A DNA stretch of 63,271 nucleotides, the filler included. It is 8 parts of 8 records of this genome, joined end to end, with 100 filler letters (N's around TTAATTAATTAA, not from the genome) between each part and the next. Parts side by side here need not be neighbours in the genome. Positions count along the whole stretch, not along the records: positions 26,843 to 36,533 come from SRR31156797_39824; positions 36,634 to 46,300 come from SRR31156797_39831; 6 more parts are not named here. One strand, written 5' to 3'. The position numbers and the translations under genes are program-made. This document shows positions 29,119-39,906 of this stretch, piece after piece. Each line of letters begins with the position of its first letter. Within the stretch, counting starts at the first letter, position 1. The notes beneath the pieces are model-generated. The model was not told where the DNA came from and made no database searches. It worked only from the letters and a program-made list of their open reading frames with translations.

Positions 29119-29608
29119 TGCCGATGAGCCGGAAGCAGATTTAATTTGGGAAGGAATAAAAGGAGGCTTAAATCAAAAGAATAAAGGTCTTCCCGAATGG
29201 TTCTGGAAAGTGGCTGCAATAGTAATATTTGTTGTTTCTGCAAGCTATTTTATTGTTAATGAAACATCAAAAAAGCAGGTTGTTTTCCTTACTTTATCCG
29301 ATGTTTCGCAAGATTTGGGAGCATACGAAACTCAGCTAAAAGAACAGGTAGATTTAAAGTGGGAGGAAGTAAAACAACAACTTCCGGCAGAAGACTCTGA
29401 TCTCCGGTTTTTACTGGATGAAATGAACGGCCTGGATGAGATTTATACCACCTACCAAAAAGACCTGAACAACACCCCGAACAATGAACCAATTGTACGA
29501 GCCATGCTCGATTATTATGAAAAAAAGATAAAGATTCTTAACCGTTTGTTACTGGAAATTGAAAAACAAGAATACCATAAAACTAACATGGATTTTCATA
29601 AACTATAA
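29069..29608 (+). CDS. Putative anti-sigma factor (single TM)
   Basis: Overlaps the sigma stop; LDADEP...IWEGI N-terminus, WKVAA TM, helical C-terminus. Confidence 0.75.
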   Translation: MKQEIEKYLKENRLRLDADEPEADLIWEGIKGGLNQKNKGLPEWFWKVAAIVIFVVSASYFIVNETSKKQVVFLTLSDVSQDLGAYETQLKEQVDLKWEEVKQQLPAEDSDLRFLLDEMNGLDEIYTTYQKDLNNTPNNEPIVRAMLDYYEKKIKILNRLLLEIEKQEYHKTNMDFHKL

Positions 29609-29654
29609 TTTCTCAGGTGACTAAGATTCCTAAAAAAAATTACATAGAATACCA

Positions 29655-30971
29655 ATGAAAGCAGTAAATAAAAATGAGATGAAAAAACAACTACACTTTA
29701 AATTAATTCTGGCCACGTTATTCATTCTTACCGTAAGTTTACCGGTAACTGCCCAGAGTTACGAAATGTCGAAAACATTAAGTAAAAATGCAGTCGTTCC
29801 GGCTGATGTGAGAATTAATATTTCGAACCACTCGGGAGATATTAAGTTTAACACAACCAACGACCAAACGGTAAGCATTAAAACCGACATTAAAGTAAAT
29901 GCCCGTAGTCGCGAAGATGCCGAAAAATTGATTGAGGCCATAGAGAACTTTCAATTCGATGCAAACGGAAACTCGTTAGACATTGATACACGTTTTTACA
30001 GCAAGATGAATTCCATAAACGGAAGAGCTACCATTACTCTGGAAAATGGAGACAAAGTAAAAATCAGGGATTTTGAAATAAAACACGAAATTAATATTCC
30101 GAAAACAGCAGAACTAAACCTAAAAAACAAGTACAGCACTGTTATATTGGGTGTTCTTAATGGGAAAGCTGAATTAAACCTGTACAGCAGCAAACTTCGG
30201 TGCAAAAAATTTGTGGCCCCTGTTAAACTGGAAACAAAATACTCTAAACTGCAGGTGGAGAATTTTGAAACAAATGCAGAGCTAAACTTTTACGATAGCG
30301 ACCTTGAGTTTAAAACCGCCCATAACTTTGAAATAGAAAGTAAGTATTCGAAAATTGAAGGGGATAAAGCTACCAATATCAATTTCGATTCGTACGACGA
30401 TAAATTATTGATAACAAAATTCGATAATTTAAAGATGGAAGCAAAATACTCGGACATGATTTCTGAAGCTGATCTTGACCAACTTGAGTTGGATCTGTAT
30501 GACTGCAATATAAAAACCAATTCAGCAAAAAAAGTAACATTTACCGGTAAATACTCCGACCTTAAACTAGGCAATGTAAATGATATAAAAATACCTTATT
30601 CGTATGACAATAATGTTTATTTGGGCAAGAACGTTTCGATACAAATTACTGAAAGCAAATACAGCAAATATGAAATAAAAAACACCTCTAAACTGGAGAT
30701 TTCGGGTTATGACGACGATATTGACATAGACCATTTAGATACTGAATTTCAAGGCATTTCTTTTAGCAACAAATATGGAAAACTAGGCGTAAACACTGGG
30801 TCTGTTCCTTTTCTACTAGATGTTGAAATGAAATATGGGAAAGTTAATTTCCCCGATACCTTACCAATAACCAAACACATTGAAAAGAATAGTGAAAAAG
30901 AAATAATTGCGGGCAAAGAAGGAGAAACCATTTTGATTCGAGGATATGATAATACCATAAATATTGAATAA
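29655..30971 (+). CDS. Secreted beta-solenoid protein (DUF4097/adhesin-like)
   Basis: Signal peptide; ISNHSGDI, then about 14 repeats with alternating KYS / YD turns. Confidence 0.7.
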   Translation: MKAVNKNEMKKQLHFKLILATLFILTVSLPVTAQSYEMSKTLSKNAVVPADVRINISNHSGDIKFNTTNDQTVSIKTDIKVNARSREDAEKLIEAIENFQFDANGNSLDIDTRFYSKMNSINGRATITLENGDKVKIRDFEIKHEINIPKTAELNLKNKYSTVILGVLNGKAELNLYSSKLRCKKFVAPVKLETKYSKLQVENFETNAELNFYDSDLEFKTAHNFEIESKYSKIEGDKATNINFDSYDDKLLITKFDNLKMEAKYSDMISEADLDQLELDLYDCNIKTNSAKKVTFTGKYSDLKLGNVNDIKIPYSYDNNVYLGKNVSIQITESKYSKYEIKNTSKLEISGYDDDIDIDHLDTEFQGISFSNKYGKLGVNTGSVPFLLDVEMKYGKVNFPDTLPITKHIEKNSEKEIIAGKEGETILIRGYDNTINIE

Positions 30972-30989
30972 CAACCATCGTTAATATTG

Positions 30990-31028
30990 GCGCCCTGGTT
31001 AAAGAAAAACCGGGGTGTTTTTGTTTTT
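30990..31028 (+). terminator. Intrinsic terminator
   Basis: CGCCCTGGTT/AACCGGGGTG stem then TTTTTGTTTTT. Confidence 0.75.
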
Positions 31029-31073
31029 ACTGGAATGTTTTTTGTTAAATTAGTGCGTTAAAAACCACAAAAA

Positions 31074-32162
31074 ATGATGATTTCCAAATTCCTGACCTTC
31101 GTGTTGTTTTTCGCATGTTCAGTCCTGGCAGTGTCAGCTCAACCACAAATCCTGACCAGTAAAGTAATTAATGCACAAACCCAAAAACCTGTTGTTCATG
31201 CCGAAATTTTTATTTCAGGAACAATGGTAGGATCTATTTCCGATAGCCTTGGTAATTTCACATTAAAGGTACCTTTTCTTCCCTGTGTTTTGGTAGTCAA
31301 CCATGTTTCTTACGAATCCTTCATTAAACCAATTACCTCCGTACAAAACATGTCCATAGAACTTTCCCCCGAAAACTTCAAAATCAAGGAAGTAAGTGTT
31401 AAAGGAAAAAATAAACGCAGACGAAACCTTCGTTTCTTTTATTCGCACTTTATTAAAAAAAATAAAAATGAGATAGAGCTATTAAACGATTCGGTATTAC
31501 ATTTTTACCGGGATGAAATGAAATTCCGGGCAAGTTGTAATGAACCCTTAATTATTCAGAATAATTACTTAGGTTACCAAATAAAAGTAGTTCTGGAAGA
31601 GTTTGAAGTGACGGCAAAAGACAGTCCTAATGGTAAATGTGTTCCTTTAAATTCTCTAAACGGAGGTTTTTTACTACAGTTAACCGGATACTATTATTAT
31701 CAACCACTAGAGAAACAATTTCCAAATAAGGAGAACTATTTTATAAAAAACAGAAAGGAAAATTACTACGGCTCCTATCGTCATTTTTTAAAATCGATTT
31801 ACAATAACTCACCCGAACAAAACGGATTTGAAATTCTTTCGGCATCAGGAAATGAAGAAAACTTATTTCAGAAAGTGCCTGCTGATGAATGGGTAACAGG
31901 CAACAAAAAATTCCGATTTAATGCCGATACTTTAAACATCACTTATCATTTTGATGATAAAAAATTCCCCATTTCAAAAGAAGAGATTCAAGGACGCAAT
32001 TATCAATACATTCAACGATCTGTTATTTATGCAACAAACCTCCCGTTCGTAGTTAGAAGCAACGGCACCAGTCCAAAATTAACTTTTATTTTAGAAGGGC
32101 ATATGGCGGTTAAAAGTTTTGCCAATTCGTTACCTGATGATTATGATCCACCAGTGAAATAA
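31074..32162 (+). CDS. Secreted protein with carboxypeptidase-like regulatory domain
   Basis: Signal peptide; VINAQTQKPVVHAEIFI..GSISDSLGNF..HVSYE; PLIIQNNYLGYQI; YYGSYRHF; LPDDYDP. Confidence 0.8.
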   Translation: MMISKFLTFVLFFACSVLAVSAQPQILTSKVINAQTQKPVVHAEIFISGTMVGSISDSLGNFTLKVPFLPCVLVVNHVSYESFIKPITSVQNMSIELSPENFKIKEVSVKGKNKRRRNLRFFYSHFIKKNKNEIELLNDSVLHFYRDEMKFRASCNEPLIIQNNYLGYQIKVVLEEFEVTAKDSPNGKCVPLNSLNGGFLLQLTGYYYYQPLEKQFPNKENYFIKNRKENYYGSYRHFLKSIYNNSPEQNGFEILSASGNEENLFQKVPADEWVTGNKKFRFNADTLNITYHFDDKKFPISKEEIQGRNYQYIQRSVIYATNLPFVVRSNGTSPKLTFILEGHMAVKSFANSLPDDYDPPVK

Positions 32163-32224
32163 TTCATTGAAAAGATATAATCATAATTTATTTAATTCTT
32201 AACACGTAAAAAACCTCATTAATT

Positions 32225-32232
32225 TACTTTTG
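32225..32232 (+). promoter_or_regulatory. Bacteroidota -7 promoter element
   Basis: TACTTTTG matches TAnnTTTG, 20 nt upstream of the sigma ATG. Confidence 0.55.
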
Positions 32233-32252
32233 CTTTTTCATTAATGTGAGTA

Positions 32253-32834
32253 ATGCACAGCACAGACGAAGAGCTTTTACAAGAAATAAAACGGGATAAA
32301 CAAATTGCACTTGAAAAATTACATTATAGATATTACCAGTTACTCTGCAATTTTGCTTATTCATTTGTAAAAAGCGTCGATTTTGCAGAAGAAGTGGTGT
32401 CCGATGTTTTCCTTAACATTTGGATAAAACGCAACTCCTTGAATATCAACTCAAGCATTAAATCATACCTTTATATTTCAGTAAAAAATCAATCTCTCAA
32501 TTTTCTTAAAGCTCAAAAAGACACCTTTGAAGCAATTGAAGAAAATAGTTTCGAAAATAAATTTTCGGAGCACAATGCAGATGCACAGATTACGTACACA
32601 GAAACATTGAATAGAATTGAAAAAATAATTAAGGAACTCCCCCCTCAACGTCAAACTATTTTTCGTTTAAACCGAATTGATGGTCTTAAATACAAAGAAA
32701 TAGCAGAAGTTTTATCCATCTCTGTTAACACGGTTCAAAAACAAATGACCGAAGCGATTAAGTACATTTCAAAATATTATTCTCAAAATATACTAATACT
32801 CCTTACTCTTTTCCTGTCGCATTTTTCCTCTTAA
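32253..32834 (+). CDS. ECF sigma-70 factor (FecI-like, Bacteroidota type)
   Basis: AEEVVSDVFLNIW, SYLYISVKN, LPPQRQTIF, LKYKEIAEVLSISVNTV. Confidence 0.94.
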   Translation: MHSTDEELLQEIKRDKQIALEKLHYRYYQLLCNFAYSFVKSVDFAEEVVSDVFLNIWIKRNSLNINSSIKSYLYISVKNQSLNFLKAQKDTFEAIEENSFENKFSEHNADAQITYTETLNRIEKIIKELPPQRQTIFRLNRIDGLKYKEIAEVLSISVNTVQKQMTEAIKYISKYYSQNILILLTLFLSHFSS

Positions 32835-32926
32835 TCTTTCTTTAATATTTACTTCATTTTTTATTAATCAGCTTCAATGGTAGCTCTTTCAAACAATTCT
32901 TGTCATACAGGTGTAAGAACATCAAA

Positions 32927-34117
32927 ATGGATAAGAATAAATTTTACGAATTAGCAGCAAGAGTTTTAGCAAACGAAGCAAATTCTTCTGAACAAGAATG
33001 TTTAAATAATTTACTTGAAGTTAGAAAATACCGTAAACTCTTTGAATGGCTAAAGGCTGAATGGGAGAAAGAAGTATTAATGGGAAATATTGATTTCGAC
33101 TATGAAACGGGTATCGAAAGACTACGTTCAAAAATTGCGGCATCAGAAGAAAAAGCTGTTCTACAAACAAGGGTGATTCCTATGAAACGAAGGCTTTCTC
33201 AAATTGCGGCAATTAGCATCTTGTTAATTACGAGCAGTATTATATACCTTCAGTTTAGAACAACCGAACCGAAAATTACTGCTTTTGCCGAAAACAATAA
33301 GCAGGGAATTACATCCGGCGAAACAAGATTGATATTGAATGGCCGGGAAGAAATTGAGATTTTAAGTAAAAATGCCGAAATTGATTACAGCTCTAAAGAT
33401 GGGATCGTTGTTGTTAACGATTTGCAAGAAATAAAACAAGATATTAAACAAGATGAGACCACTTATAATACTGTTATTGTTCCTTACGGGAAACGCAGTA
33501 AAATAACATTAGCCGATAATAGCGTAGTGTGGTTAAACTCAGGCTCCAAGTTCATTTATCCGGCAAAGTTTTCCCAGAAAAAACGTGAGGTATTCCTTGA
33601 AGGAGAAGCACTATTTGAAGTAGAACACGATACTAATAAACCCTTTACCGTTTTAACAAACAATATTGAGATCAAGGTATTGGGAACCGTTTTTAACGTA
33701 AGCGCATACAGCGACGATGCTTTTACAAACACGGTGTTGGAAAGTGGAAGTGTTGAAATTGATTATCCGGGCAAGTCCAGAATAAAGCACAGGAAATTAA
33801 GAATAGAACCCGGAACCTCTGCTATCTACAATCTATTGGAAAAAACAATTCAGAAAAAGAAAGTAAATCCCAAATATTACACCAGCTGGCGTGAAGGTAT
33901 TTTATTATACCAACACCAGTCTCTGGAAGAAATCGTAAAAAAACTTTCAAGGTATTACAATACCAACATTCAAATTGAAAATCAGGAACTTGCCATTACT
34001 CGTTTCTCAGGTAAGCTCGATCTAAAAGAAGATGTACAAAAAGTTTTAGAAACCATTGCTTTTGCATCTGACCTTGAGATAGTAAGCAAAAACAACCAGT
34101 TGATAATAAAAAATTAG
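32927..34117 (+). CDS. fecR: FecR family anti-sigma factor
   Basis: TM then VPYGKRSKITLADNSVVWLNSGS, REVFLEGEALFEV, VLGTVFNV, LSRYYN, FSGKLD. Confidence 0.94.
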   Translation: MDKNKFYELAARVLANEANSSEQECLNNLLEVRKYRKLFEWLKAEWEKEVLMGNIDFDYETGIERLRSKIAASEEKAVLQTRVIPMKRRLSQIAAISILLITSSIIYLQFRTTEPKITAFAENNKQGITSGETRLILNGREEIEILSKNAEIDYSSKDGIVVVNDLQEIKQDIKQDETTYNTVIVPYGKRSKITLADNSVVWLNSGSKFIYPAKFSQKKREVFLEGEALFEVEHDTNKPFTVLTNNIEIKVLGTVFNVSAYSDDAFTNTVLESGSVEIDYPGKSRIKHRKLRIEPGTSAIYNLLEKTIQKKKVNPKYYTSWREGILLYQHQSLEEIVKKLSRYYNTNIQIENQELAITRFSGKLDLKEDVQKVLETIAFASDLEIVSKNNQLIIKN

Positions 34118-34155
34118 TTGCCTATGATATAAAATCCTAACCAAATTAAAAAACA

Positions 34156-34186
34156 ACCGGAGAATGTGATCCAGACATTCCCCGGC
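34156..34186 (+). promoter_or_regulatory. Hairpin in the fecR-susC intergenic region
   Basis: CCGGAGAATGT-GATCCAG-ACATTCCCCGG preceded by an A-rich run. Confidence 0.5.
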
Positions 34187-34241
34187 TAGCGAAAATTCTT
34201 TACGACCATATGGTCTATAATAAAAATTAACACGTAAATAT

Positions 34242-36533
34242 ATGAAATTTAATATTGAATATGACTCAATTAAGAGTTTGAAGAAACTGTTTTTGATAAT
34301 GAAAGTAATAATTCTACTTTTTATTTCTTCAATTATTACGGCGAGTGCAAGCAATACTTATGCACAGCTAACCAAACTAACTTTAAATGTTGAGCAAGCA
34401 ACAATAATTGAGGTTTTTACCGAAATTGAAAATCAAAGTGAATACATTTTTTTCTATCAGGACGAAAAAATTGACCTCGAAAAGAAAGTAAGTATTCAAG
34501 TTCAGGACAGAACAATTTCTGAAATTTTGGATGAACTATTTGAAAACACCAACAATGTCTACAAAGTTGCTGATCGTCAAATCATTATAGGCAAAGACGA
34601 AACAAAAAACGTACAAGCTCCGAAAAATGGGAAGGTGGGGTCGAAAGTAGAAACGATTGCACCACAGAAAAAAACGATTACAGGTAAAGTTGTCGACGAA
34701 AAAGGGATGCCTCTTCCGGGAGTTTCGGTAATTATAAAGGGAACCACGACAGGAATTACCACCGATTTCGATGGAAACTTCACATTAAAGGTTGACCAAG
34801 ATGCCAAAGTTTTAGTGCTCTCTTTTGTGGGTATGAAAACCCTTGAAGTCTCAATTGACGGGAAACAGAGCCTTAACATTACGCTGTTTGAAGACACCGT
34901 TGGTATTGAAGAAATTGTAACCATTGGATATGCCAAACAAAAGAAGAAAGATGTTACCGGAGCAGTAGCTTCGTTAAAAAGCGAAGACTTTAACAAAGGA
35001 GTTACCAATTCTCCGGGACAGTTACTTCAGGGTAAAGTTTCGGGTGTAAGCATTACCTCATCAAGCGGTGCTCCCGGAAGCGGGCAACGTATTATTATTC
35101 GTGGACAAGGAACAATACGCCAAGGATCGGGGCCATTATTTGTAATTGATGGTTTTCCAATAGGATTAGCCGGAACCGGGTCAGACTCAAGCCCATTAAA
35201 CTTCATTAACGCCGAAGACATTGAAACAATCGATGTTCTTAAAGATGCTTCGGCTACCGCAATTTATGGTTCGCGTGGAGCAAATGGTGTAATCATGATT
35301 AATACAAAAAAAGGAAAATCAGGAGCTTCTCAATTGTCTATTTCTTCACATGTAGGTGTATCTAAAATTGCAAAAAAACTGCCCTTATTAAGTGCCGATG
35401 AGTTTCGAGATAAAGTAGTTGAGATTGGTGGTGTTTTGGAAGACCGTGAAGGTAATACCGATTGGCAAGATGAATTAACCCAAACGGCTATTACGCAAGA
35501 CTACAATCTAATAATGTCGGGAGGAACAGACAAACTAACCTATCGTGCTTCTGTTGGTTATTTAGATCAGGAAGGTATAATTATAAATACTGGAATAAAA
35601 AGATACAGTGGAAGATTAAATGCTACCCAGAAATTATTGGATGGCAAGTTGAATATTGATTTTAACCTGAACACAACAATTGAGAAGGGCGAAAACGCCG
35701 AGTCGAGCACAATCGTTGCAAATATGTTAAGTTTTAACCCTACTTACCCTGCTTATGACGAAAATGGAGAGCCAAGCAAATATCCTGATTTAATCAATCC
35801 GCTAAGTCAGGCTGAATTATTTAAAACGTTTAGTGAAAGCCGTAACATCATTGCCAATATCGCTCCGTCTTTCGAAATTATTGATGGTTTAACATACAAG
35901 CTAAACTTTGGATACACCAACAGCTCAAGCGATTACGATTACCAAGAAATGCCAAGTGTAGACCCATACGTTGAAGGTAGACTTGAACAAAGTTTCTCGA
36001 ATGGAGAAAATACATTAATTGAAAACTACCTCACATATAATTTTGATATTCAAGACCACAATGTTATTCTTCTTGCAGGTCATTCTTTCCAAAAAACGGA
36101 GAACAGATCAAGAAGCTGGAATATTGATCAATTTGAAGCTAACGGCATTGAACCTCGCTATAATCCTGGGTTAGGCCAACGCCTCGATCTATCTTTAAAC
36201 AGGCCAAGTGGATCTGCTACCATCGACGAATTGCAATCGTTTTTCGGAAGAGCATCTTATAACTTCAAAGGTAAATACCTGGTTACAGGAACTGTCCGTT
36301 CCGATGGCTCGTCTAAATTCGGGAAAAACAACAGGTACGGAACATTCCCTTCGTTTGCTGCTGGTTGGCGAATCTCTGAAGAGAATTTTATGGAATCTTC
36401 TCCCTTTAGCAATTTAAAACTTCGTGCCGGGTGGGGACAAACGGGTAACCAGGAAATCCCTTCAAAAATTACCCAGGAGTCTTTCCAGTCATCAAACAGT
36501 GGTGACTATACCTACCCCTTAACCGAAACCGGT
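34242..36533 (+). CDS. susC: SusC/RagA TonB-dependent transporter with N-terminal STN signalling domain (3' truncated)
   Basis: IENQSEYIFFY (STN), PLPGVSVIIKGT, IIIRG, PLFVIDG, DIETIDVLKDASATAIYGSRGANGVI, RSDGSSKFG. Confidence 0.96.
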
Positions 36534-36633
36534 NNNNNNNNNNNNNNNNNNNNNNNNNNNNNNNNNNNNNNNNNNNNTTAATTAATTAANNNNNNNNNNN
36601 NNNNNNNNNNNNNNNNNNNNNNNNNNNNNNNNN
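36534..36633. other. Artificial contig spacer
   Basis: N44-TTAATTAATTAA-N44. Confidence 0.99.
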
Positions 36634-38675
36634 TCATTTACATTTTTTGATTCAATTGAGTTTAATTTATTAAGCAATCTTACTTCTGAATACTGATTAT
36701 TATCAGGATCCATAGCTTCTGTTACACCGTCTGTATATGTGAAAACTATATCTCCTTCTTCAAGTTTATCTTGCTCAAGTGCATATTCAAATCCTGACAT
36801 TCCACCAAGAACAAAACCTTTTTTAAGCTCCATATATGAGAATTTCCCCTCTGAAGCTCGATAAATCAGTGGTGGGTTATGCCCTGCATTTGCATACTCG
36901 ATAGCCCCTGTTTGCAGGTCTATTATAAAAACTATACTTGTTGTAAATAAGAATTCATCATTATCTTCACACAACATGTTATTTGCACTATTAAAAATTT
37001 CATGCGCAGGAATATTTCTTAAAGCTTCATTTTTAACAAGAACTTTTGAAATAACCATAAATAGAGAAGCCGGAACACCTTTACCTGAAACATCTCCAAC
37101 TGTAAAACAGAACTTATTCTCATTTATGAAGAAGAAATCAAAATAATCTCCTCCAACATTTTTCGCTGGTTGCATACTTCCAAAAATACTTATATCTGTT
37201 CTATCTGGGAAAGGAGGGAAAATTCTAGGCAGCATACTGGCCTGAATTTTATTCGCAACTTGCAATTCTCCTTCGATTCTTTCTTTTGCAGCTGTTGTTT
37301 CCTTGAGATCATGTATATATGTTTTAAGATCACCTGTCATCTTATTATATGTATTTGCTAATACTTCTAGTTCATCTTTTGTATTAATTTCAATTTTGCT
37401 GTCAAGATCACCATTTCCCAATTTGCTAACTCCATCTGTTAATTTAAGAATTGGTTTAACTATAAAACTTGCAAATTTACTTGATATAAACACAACAATT
37501 ATTATTACGACTATAAATATTAAAATTATTGTTCTCAAGCTGTTTTGGAAACTTTTTTTGGAATATTCTGTCATGATTTGACCAGCTTTATCAATTTCGC
37601 CTCTACTTTTATTTACATAACTCATAATTTCATCAGTAAAAGCTACTACTACTATATTCCAAGATGTACTTTCAATAGGTGAATACGCAGCAATTCTAGA
37701 AACATTATTTACTTCCAGTTCGAATACTCCCTCTTTTTCACCAGCTATTTTAGCTGCTAAACTTTGAAGTTCTTTATTTGAAGATTTTGAAATATTTTGA
37801 CTTTCTCCAATAGTTTTTTGTAACTCATCGCTTAATTTTGTATATGTCAAAACCTTACCGGTATTATCTGTTATAAAAACTTCACCTATGTCTTTGACCT
37901 GAGTACTTAATATATCAAGCATAGCATTTAAAGTAACATCTATTCCTATCACACCTTTTAATTTGCCGTTATTATAAGTAGGACTGTAACAAGTTAGTGT
38001 ATAATCATTCGATGCTACATCTACATACATTTCAGACCATGCAATTTCTTTCTTTGCCTTTGCTTCCATATACCATGGTCTTTTTCTTGCGTCATATGTC
38101 TTATTATAATATGCAAGCCATGTCATGTTAAAAAATACACCTGATTCACTCCCAATATACACTCCATCTACAGATAAAGGAAGTATATCCATGGACTTAT
38201 TATTTGAAACTATCGATCTAAATAGCGTATTTAATTTACCTAATGTTTTTATATCTTTTTCAACTTTTCTTTCATTTACTCTCGGTGCTAAACTATAGTA
38301 AAAATCTAAGTTTGGATTGTCTTTTGTAACAGTTAATTTTTTGTACGAAGAGGAGTTTGCGCTATTTGGATTTCTCCATAACTCTTCGACAAAATCTGTT
38401 GCAATTGTAATTTGAGCTTCAATAGTTTTGAATACATAGTTACTGTTTGCTGCTTGCGATGATACCAATCTTCTTAGATATCTTGATGCCTGTGCTTTCA
38501 ATCCCTCTTCACTTGTTGCAGACGCTTCATCTTTTAGAAGGTTAATAGCATTAATAGAGTTTCCCGCTTCTTTTTTGACTGTATATTGTGTAGCGGCTAA
38601 AAACAGTGAAAGTGAGATTATGGATATTGTCATCACCATAATTATAATTTTACTTTTAATTTTGAGATGCTTCAT
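36634..38675 (-). CDS. Membrane dCache_1-HAMP-PP2C (SpoIIE/RsbU-type) phosphatase (3' truncated)
   Basis: TM; YDARKRPWY...MYVD...GVIGID Cache motif; TM; HAMP (KPILKL...DELEVLANTYNKM); VGGDYFD, VGDVSGKG, NAGHNPP, YTDGVTEA. Confidence 0.93.
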
Positions 38676-38716
38676 AACTCCTCCTTTTTGGAATTATTTG
38701 TACTTAGTTATAGTAA

Positions 38717-39886
38717 TTAATCTTTTAATATATAATCATTTAATTCTAAACTGTACTTTATCTTCTCTTTTCTTTTGTATTTTTTCATTCCTATATCAAT
38801 AATTCTGTCGACTAATTCACTGGTATAAATCTCTTTGTTATTCCACATCCTTATATATGTTCCGTGAGTCTCCATGCCAGGAATTGTATTTAATTCATTA
38901 AAATAAATTTTGTCATCACACAGAAAAAAATCTAATCTTGCAAAGCCTGATATCTCAAAGGCCTTAAAAATTATTTTGGAATAATTCTCTATTTGCTTAA
39001 CAATACTTTCATCAAGTATTGCAGGAACAATTCCTTTTTTAGATCCAGGTCCATATTTTGCTTCAAAGTCAAAAAATTCATTTTTATAGTTATTAAACTC
39101 TCCAATAGAACTAAAAGAGATCTCTTCACAATCCCCAACTACACCAACGGCTATCTCTCTAGGACATCTGATAGCATTTTCTATTAAAATTTTACTGTCA
39201 TATTGAAATACTTGATTTATAGAATCTATAATATCGTCATAGCTTTGAATCTGAACAATCCCAATAGACGAACCCAATCTACAAGGCTTGATATACAATG
39301 GCAGCTCAAGTTTTGTTTTGATTTGATTAATTATTTCTTGTTGATTCTCTACCCATTCATAGCAATGTAATTTAATATAATCGACTACAGGAACATCATT
39401 TTTTTGACACAATATTTTTGTTACTTCTTTGTCAATTCCTGCAACGGATGATAAAAGACCACAACCTGCATATGGTATATTCATAAATTCCAGCAAACCT
39501 TGAATTGTACCATCTTCGCCGTTCAGTCCATGAAAAACAGGAAATACAATATCATAAACTTTATCAGCTAAATTTTTGAAAAAATTCCCTTCATGTTTTT
39601 TTAAATATGTAGTTGATAAAATTAATTCCTTACTTTCAGCTAAATCAACATTTAGAGTTGGAAATAACTGTTCCGCGTAATCACTAAACAAATCCTCTAT
39701 ATGAGATTTAGTTTCTTCAGAACTAGCAACTGATCCATCTTTGTTAATATAGATTGAGTGTAAGTTATATTTCTTTTTGTCCATATGCAAGATTACATGC
39801 AACGCTGAGATTACAGATATGTCATGTTCGGTTGACTTCCCTCCAAAAACAACAGCAACATTTAATGCTGAATCATTCATGACCAT
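38717..39886 (-). CDS. ddl: D-Ala-D-Ala ligase family ATP-grasp enzyme (atypical acceptor site)
   Basis: FGGKSTEHDIS, HGLNGEDGTIQG, IKPCRLGSSIG, FFDFEAKY, ARLDFF, NELNTIPGM; start could be 39880. Confidence 0.85.
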   Translation of the reverse strand: MVMNDSALNVAVVFGGKSTEHDISVISALHVILHMDKKKYNLHSIYINKDGSVASSEETKSHIEDLFSDYAEQLFPTLNVDLAESKELILSTTYLKKHEGNFFKNLADKVYDIVFPVFHGLNGEDGTIQGLLEFMNIPYAGCGLLSSVAGIDKEVTKILCQKNDVPVVDYIKLHCYEWVENQQEIINQIKTKLELPLYIKPCRLGSSIGIVQIQSYDDIIDSINQVFQYDSKILIENAIRCPREIAVGVVGDCEEISFSSIGEFNNYKNEFFDFEAKYGPGSKKGIVPAILDESIVKQIENYSKIIFKAFEISGFARLDFFLCDDKIYFNELNTIPGMETHGTYIRMWNNKEIYTSELVDRIIDIGMKKYKRKEKIKYSLELNDYILKD

Positions 39887-39906
39887 CACTCCTTCTCCTT
39901 CTAGTT

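Noticed and set aside
21782-36533. SusC/ECF locus as part of the lanthipeptide cluster
   Set aside because: Separated by the spacer at 26743-26842; no evidence of a shared genome
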